Positions 60,850 through 64,000 of a stretch of DNA of 64,000 bases are shown piece after piece. The notes below the pieces were generated by a model that searched no databases, was not told the origin of the DNA, and worked only from the letters and a program-made list of their open reading frames with translations. The stretch comes from an uncultured Gammaproteobacteria bacterium. Lineage in GTDB: Bacteria; Patescibacteriota; Patescibacteriia; Magasanikbacterales; GWA2-37-8. Made by a program: the position numbers and the translations under genes. The DNA lies in contig CAZHYG010000002.1 in NCBI GenBank assembly GCA_964536615.1, positions 45,000 through 108,999 on the forward strand, given 5' to 3'. Position 1 is the stretch's first letter; each line of letters begins with the position of its first letter.

Positions 60850-62868
60850 CTATTCAAGCACCAGTTTCTTTTCTTTTTCTTCTTCTCGGTATGCTTCCAG
60901 CACATCGCCAACTTCTAATTTTAATTTACCATCAAATTGCAAACCGCCTTCGTTGCCTTCAGGCAATTCATTTACGGACTGCTTACCAGATTGCAACTGA
61001 GAAATTTTTCCTACGCCAATAATCTCTCCTTTTCTTTTCACGCGCAACTTAGCATCTTTTTTAATTTTACCAGACTCAACTCGCCCACCCACAATCATAC
61101 TGCTGCGATCGGTTCTAAATATGGCGGACACGCGCAACGAACCAAGTTCGATCGTAATCTTTTCAGGGTTCAACATTTTTTTCAACTCAGCTTTTACAAA
61201 ATCAATTAAATCATAAATAACACTGAACTGTAAGAACTGTATATTTTTATCCTGTATCATATTTTTGGCCAGTGAAACCGGAGTTACATTGAATCCAAAA
61301 ATTACACCGTGGGTCGTTTCGGCTTTAGCCACGTCGTCGGCCATAATATTTCCCAGCCCCTTGCCTACCACGCGCACACCAACTTCATCGTTTTTAATTT
61401 TTTCCAAAGATCCAATAATCGCTTCTAAAGATCCAAGCGTATCGGCTTTTACAACTATATTCAAAACTTTTTTCTGCTCTTCGTCTTCAGGATCGGCAGT
61501 CATAGATACCAATTTCTTTTCAGCACCAGACTGAATATTTTTCTTTTCTTTAATATTAATGCTGTGAGCAGAATCGGCACTGCCAACATCTAGAATGTCT
61601 CCCACCTGCGGCGCAACTTTAAAACCTAAAATACGCGCTGGACAGCTTGGGGTGGCTTCAGATAAATTTTCACCTTTATAATCTTTCATGGCGCGGACCT
61701 TGCCATAAATTTCTCCGTTTATAACTAACGGATCATTAAGCTTGAGAGTCCCTGTCTGCACAAGCACGGTTGCCACCGGACCCTGGCCCTTATCTACGTG
61801 CGCCTCAATAACAGTACCGGCTGCGGCGCGATGCGGGTTTGCTTTAATGCTATCAGCATGCACATCAGCGACCAATAACAAAACATCGAGCAGTTTATCA
61901 ATATTTAAATTTTGTTTTGCGGAAATTTCCACCATCGGCACATCACCGCCCCATTCTTCAGCCAACACATCATGCTGAGCCAAGTCTGAGCGCACCCGCT
62001 GCACATCCGCACCCTCTTTATCTATTTTATTTATCGCTACCACAATCGGCAATTTTACCGCTTTAATAATTTTTATAGCTTCAATAGTTTGCGGCTTAAC
62101 ACTATCATCTGCAGCTACTACTAATACGGCAATATCAGCAACTTTTGCGCCACGACCGCGCATAACGGAAAAAGCTTCATGGCCCGGCGTATCAATAAAC
62201 GTAAGCGGTGATTTTTCTTTGGTTTTTGGATTATTCCAAACTACTTGATATGCACCAATATGCTGAGTAATACCGCCAGCTTCTTGCGCCACCACATTGG
62301 CGCTGCGAATAGAATCAAGCAGTTTTGTTTTACCATGATCAACATGGCCCATAACCACAACAACAGGCGCTCGAGAAATATGAGCATCTTTTCCTAAAAT
62401 ATTTTCTAAATTTTCTACATGAGCGCTTTCAGCAGAAGAAGTTTCGGTCGCAGCATTATCTACAACCGTAAACCCTAATTCTTGAGCAACCAACGCAGCT
62501 GTATCATGGTCAATATTCTCATTTTGAGTTGCTAAAATACCGTTTTTCATAAACTCCATGATGAGGCGGTTTACCGGCATTTGCAAAATATCCGACAATT
62601 GTTTAACAGTTATTTTTTCTGGGATCGCCACTGTAATACCACTGCTTTTACGGGCTTCTTTTTCCAATTCTTTCTGCTTTTCTTTTTCTTTTTGCTCTCT
62701 ATCTTCCAAAATAAACTTAATGCGCTTCCACTCTTTTTGAATCTGCTGAGCTACTCTATCATCAACTTTAACCGCTTTTGCGCCAATATCAAAACCAAAC
62801 TCAGGCAGAATTTGGAGCATTTTTTGCGGATGTATTTTAAGTTTTCGGGCTAATTCGGTAACATTCAT
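60850..62868 (-). CDS. infB: Translation initiation factor IF-2
   Basis: G-domain 'VVVMGHVDHGKTKLLD', 'DTPGHEAF', 'NKIDK'; short N-terminal region. Confidence 0.9.
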   Translation of the reverse strand: MNVTELARKLKIHPQKMLQILPEFGFDIGAKAVKVDDRVAQQIQKEWKRIKFILEDREQKEKEKQKELEKEARKSSGITVAIPEKITVKQLSDILQMPVNRLIMEFMKNGILATQNENIDHDTAALVAQELGFTVVDNAATETSSAESAHVENLENILGKDAHISRAPVVVVMGHVDHGKTKLLDSIRSANVVAQEAGGITQHIGAYQVVWNNPKTKEKSPLTFIDTPGHEAFSVMRGRGAKVADIAVLVVAADDSVKPQTIEAIKIIKAVKLPIVVAINKIDKEGADVQRVRSDLAQHDVLAEEWGGDVPMVEISAKQNLNIDKLLDVLLLVADVHADSIKANPHRAAAGTVIEAHVDKGQGPVATVLVQTGTLKLNDPLVINGEIYGKVRAMKDYKGENLSEATPSCPARILGFKVAPQVGDILDVGSADSAHSINIKEKKNIQSGAEKKLVSMTADPEDEEQKKVLNIVVKADTLGSLEAIIGSLEKIKNDEVGVRVVGKGLGNIMADDVAKAETTHGVIFGFNVTPVSLAKNMIQDKNIQFLQFSVIYDLIDFVKAELKKMLNPEKITIELGSLRVSAIFRTDRSSMIVGGRVESGKIKKDAKLRVKRKGEIIGVGKISQLQSGKQSVNELPEGNEGGLQFDGKLKLEVGDVLEAYREEEKEKKLVLE

Positions 62869-62978
62869 GCGATTTAATGTTTAGAAAGAGTAATACCCGC
62901 TAGTATATAGAAGTTACAGTAAAAAGTCAATCGGGCGATATTGTATTTTTTCATATTTCCGCCTATGATACCGGCTAT

Positions 62979-63644
62979 ATGGATTTTTTACTTGTAAACA
63001 AACCTGCAGGATGGACCAGCTTTGATGCCGTGGCTTATGTGCGCAAACATGCGGATACTGCTTCGCTGCGCACCGACAGCAAACAAAAACGGGTTAGGGT
63101 TGGCCATGCTGGCACACTCGATCCGTTTGCCACGGGCCTGCTTATCATTGGCGTGGGACGAGAAGCAACCAAACAACTTGACCAATGCAAAGCAATGCCA
63201 AAAACATACCAGGCCGTGATTATGCTGGGAAAAACCAGTACTACCCAGGATAAAACCGGAGTCATTACCGAAAACACTATAACTGACACTCAAATTCCAG
63301 ACAAAGACAAAATTACTGAAGTATTACAATCAATGACCGGCATACAGATGCAAACACCCCCTATGTTTTCCGCAAAGAAAATAAACGGCCAGCGGCTTTA
63401 TACCCTGGCCAGAAAAGGTATTGAGGTGGAAAGAAAGCCAAATCAGGTAGAAATAACAAGCATACATCTGTTAGAATATAGCTGGCCGCTCCTTACCATA
63501 GAGGTTGAGTGTTCTGCCGGCACTTATATCCGCACTCTTGCACAAGACATTGGCGAAAAATTAGGCACCGGGGCATACTGCCAAGAACTAACCCGTACAC
63601 GCATCGGTCCATATTCTTTATCTAACGCTATAAACTTAACTTAA
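62979..63644 (+). CDS. truB: tRNA pseudouridine(55) synthase TruB
   Basis: 'LLVNKPAGWTSFD', catalytic 'GHAGTLDPFATGLL' motif. Confidence 0.85.
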   Translation: MDFLLVNKPAGWTSFDAVAYVRKHADTASLRTDSKQKRVRVGHAGTLDPFATGLLIIGVGREATKQLDQCKAMPKTYQAVIMLGKTSTTQDKTGVITENTITDTQIPDKDKITEVLQSMTGIQMQTPPMFSAKKINGQRLYTLARKGIEVERKPNQVEITSIHLLEYSWPLLTIEVECSAGTYIRTLAQDIGEKLGTGAYCQELTRTRIGPYSLSNAINLT

Positions 63645-64000
63645 ATAAACTAAGCTATAAGATATGCCGAAACCAATAGAATGGATGCCAAACCAAGACC
63701 AACCCTCTCCTGTATCTCCAGAAGAAATCCAATGAAGAATTGACCGTGAAAAAGAAAAGCAAAACCCACCACCGCCAAGACCGGTAGTTGAAATAGATAT
63801 CACCCCACCACCAACTGACGAACCACCAAAAAGTGACGACGAATCAAAACGAGGGGTTTGGGAAACCGACATCTAGACAGTTTGACAAAACAGACCTGCA
63901 ATGTTACCATACGCACATCATTAAATAATTAACGATTTTTAAGTCTTTTTATTCCGTAACCGTTAAGAAGTATTGGAAAAAAACGATTGTTTGAACTATA

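Noticed and set aside
50087-62868. nusA and infB are not adjacent (about 9.5 kb apart, with truB on the opposite strand)
   Set aside because: Loss of the conserved nusA-infB-rbfA-truB linkage is common in reduced genomes. It is noted only as context for the insertions between them.
63636-63872. Gly-rich 78-aa minus-strand ORF
   Set aside because: Low-complexity G/S composition, and it overlaps a more gene-like Pro-rich + strand frame. It is treated as spurious.

Overview
The window has low-GC, compact, standard-genetic-code bacterial sequence with traits of a small-genome (CPR/Patescibacteria-like) organism: it carries no in-frame stops that would need recoding, has RF2, a short YidC, many surface/hypothetical proteins and a VirB4/VirB6-type apparatus. 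Housekeeping content is a complete sufCBD-sufS-sufU-sufT operon, groES-groEL with a CIRCE-like operator, nusA, infB, truB, leuS, trxA, prfB, tsaC, rsmA, yidC, pyrD, an ABC-F ATPase and two tRNAs. Accessory content is a surface-glycan modification operon (epimerase, Zn-ribbon methyltransferase, GT2, GT-C, two Wzy-like ligases), a divergent ATP-grasp / PKD-7TM / ATP-grasp-DUF1704 (HExxH, EEGLA) cluster, and a T4SS-like cluster (PrgI/VirB3-like, possibly split VirB4, giant VirB6-like) next to comF, with ComEC split into two distant ORFs. There is also a 2537-aa Cys-rich secreted giant protein preceded by a thrombospondin-type-3-repeat protein. The most unusual observations are (i) two roughly 0.7-1 kb strongly GC-rich single-gene islands (30.07-30.73 kb; 51.59-52.58 kb) embedded in AT-rich native DNA, each with its own RBS and a CT/AG-rich leader hairpin, one downstream of a near-consensus promoter plus a perfect 17-bp palindrome; (ii) a LeuRS of 1156 aa with an inserted Nudix-box domain and an inserted GxSxG alpha/beta-hydrolase-like domain; (iii) a type-II tRNA whose anticodon loop reads UUACUAA (apparent anticodon ACU) next to tRNA-Ser(GCU) and a duplicated tRNA 3' fragment.
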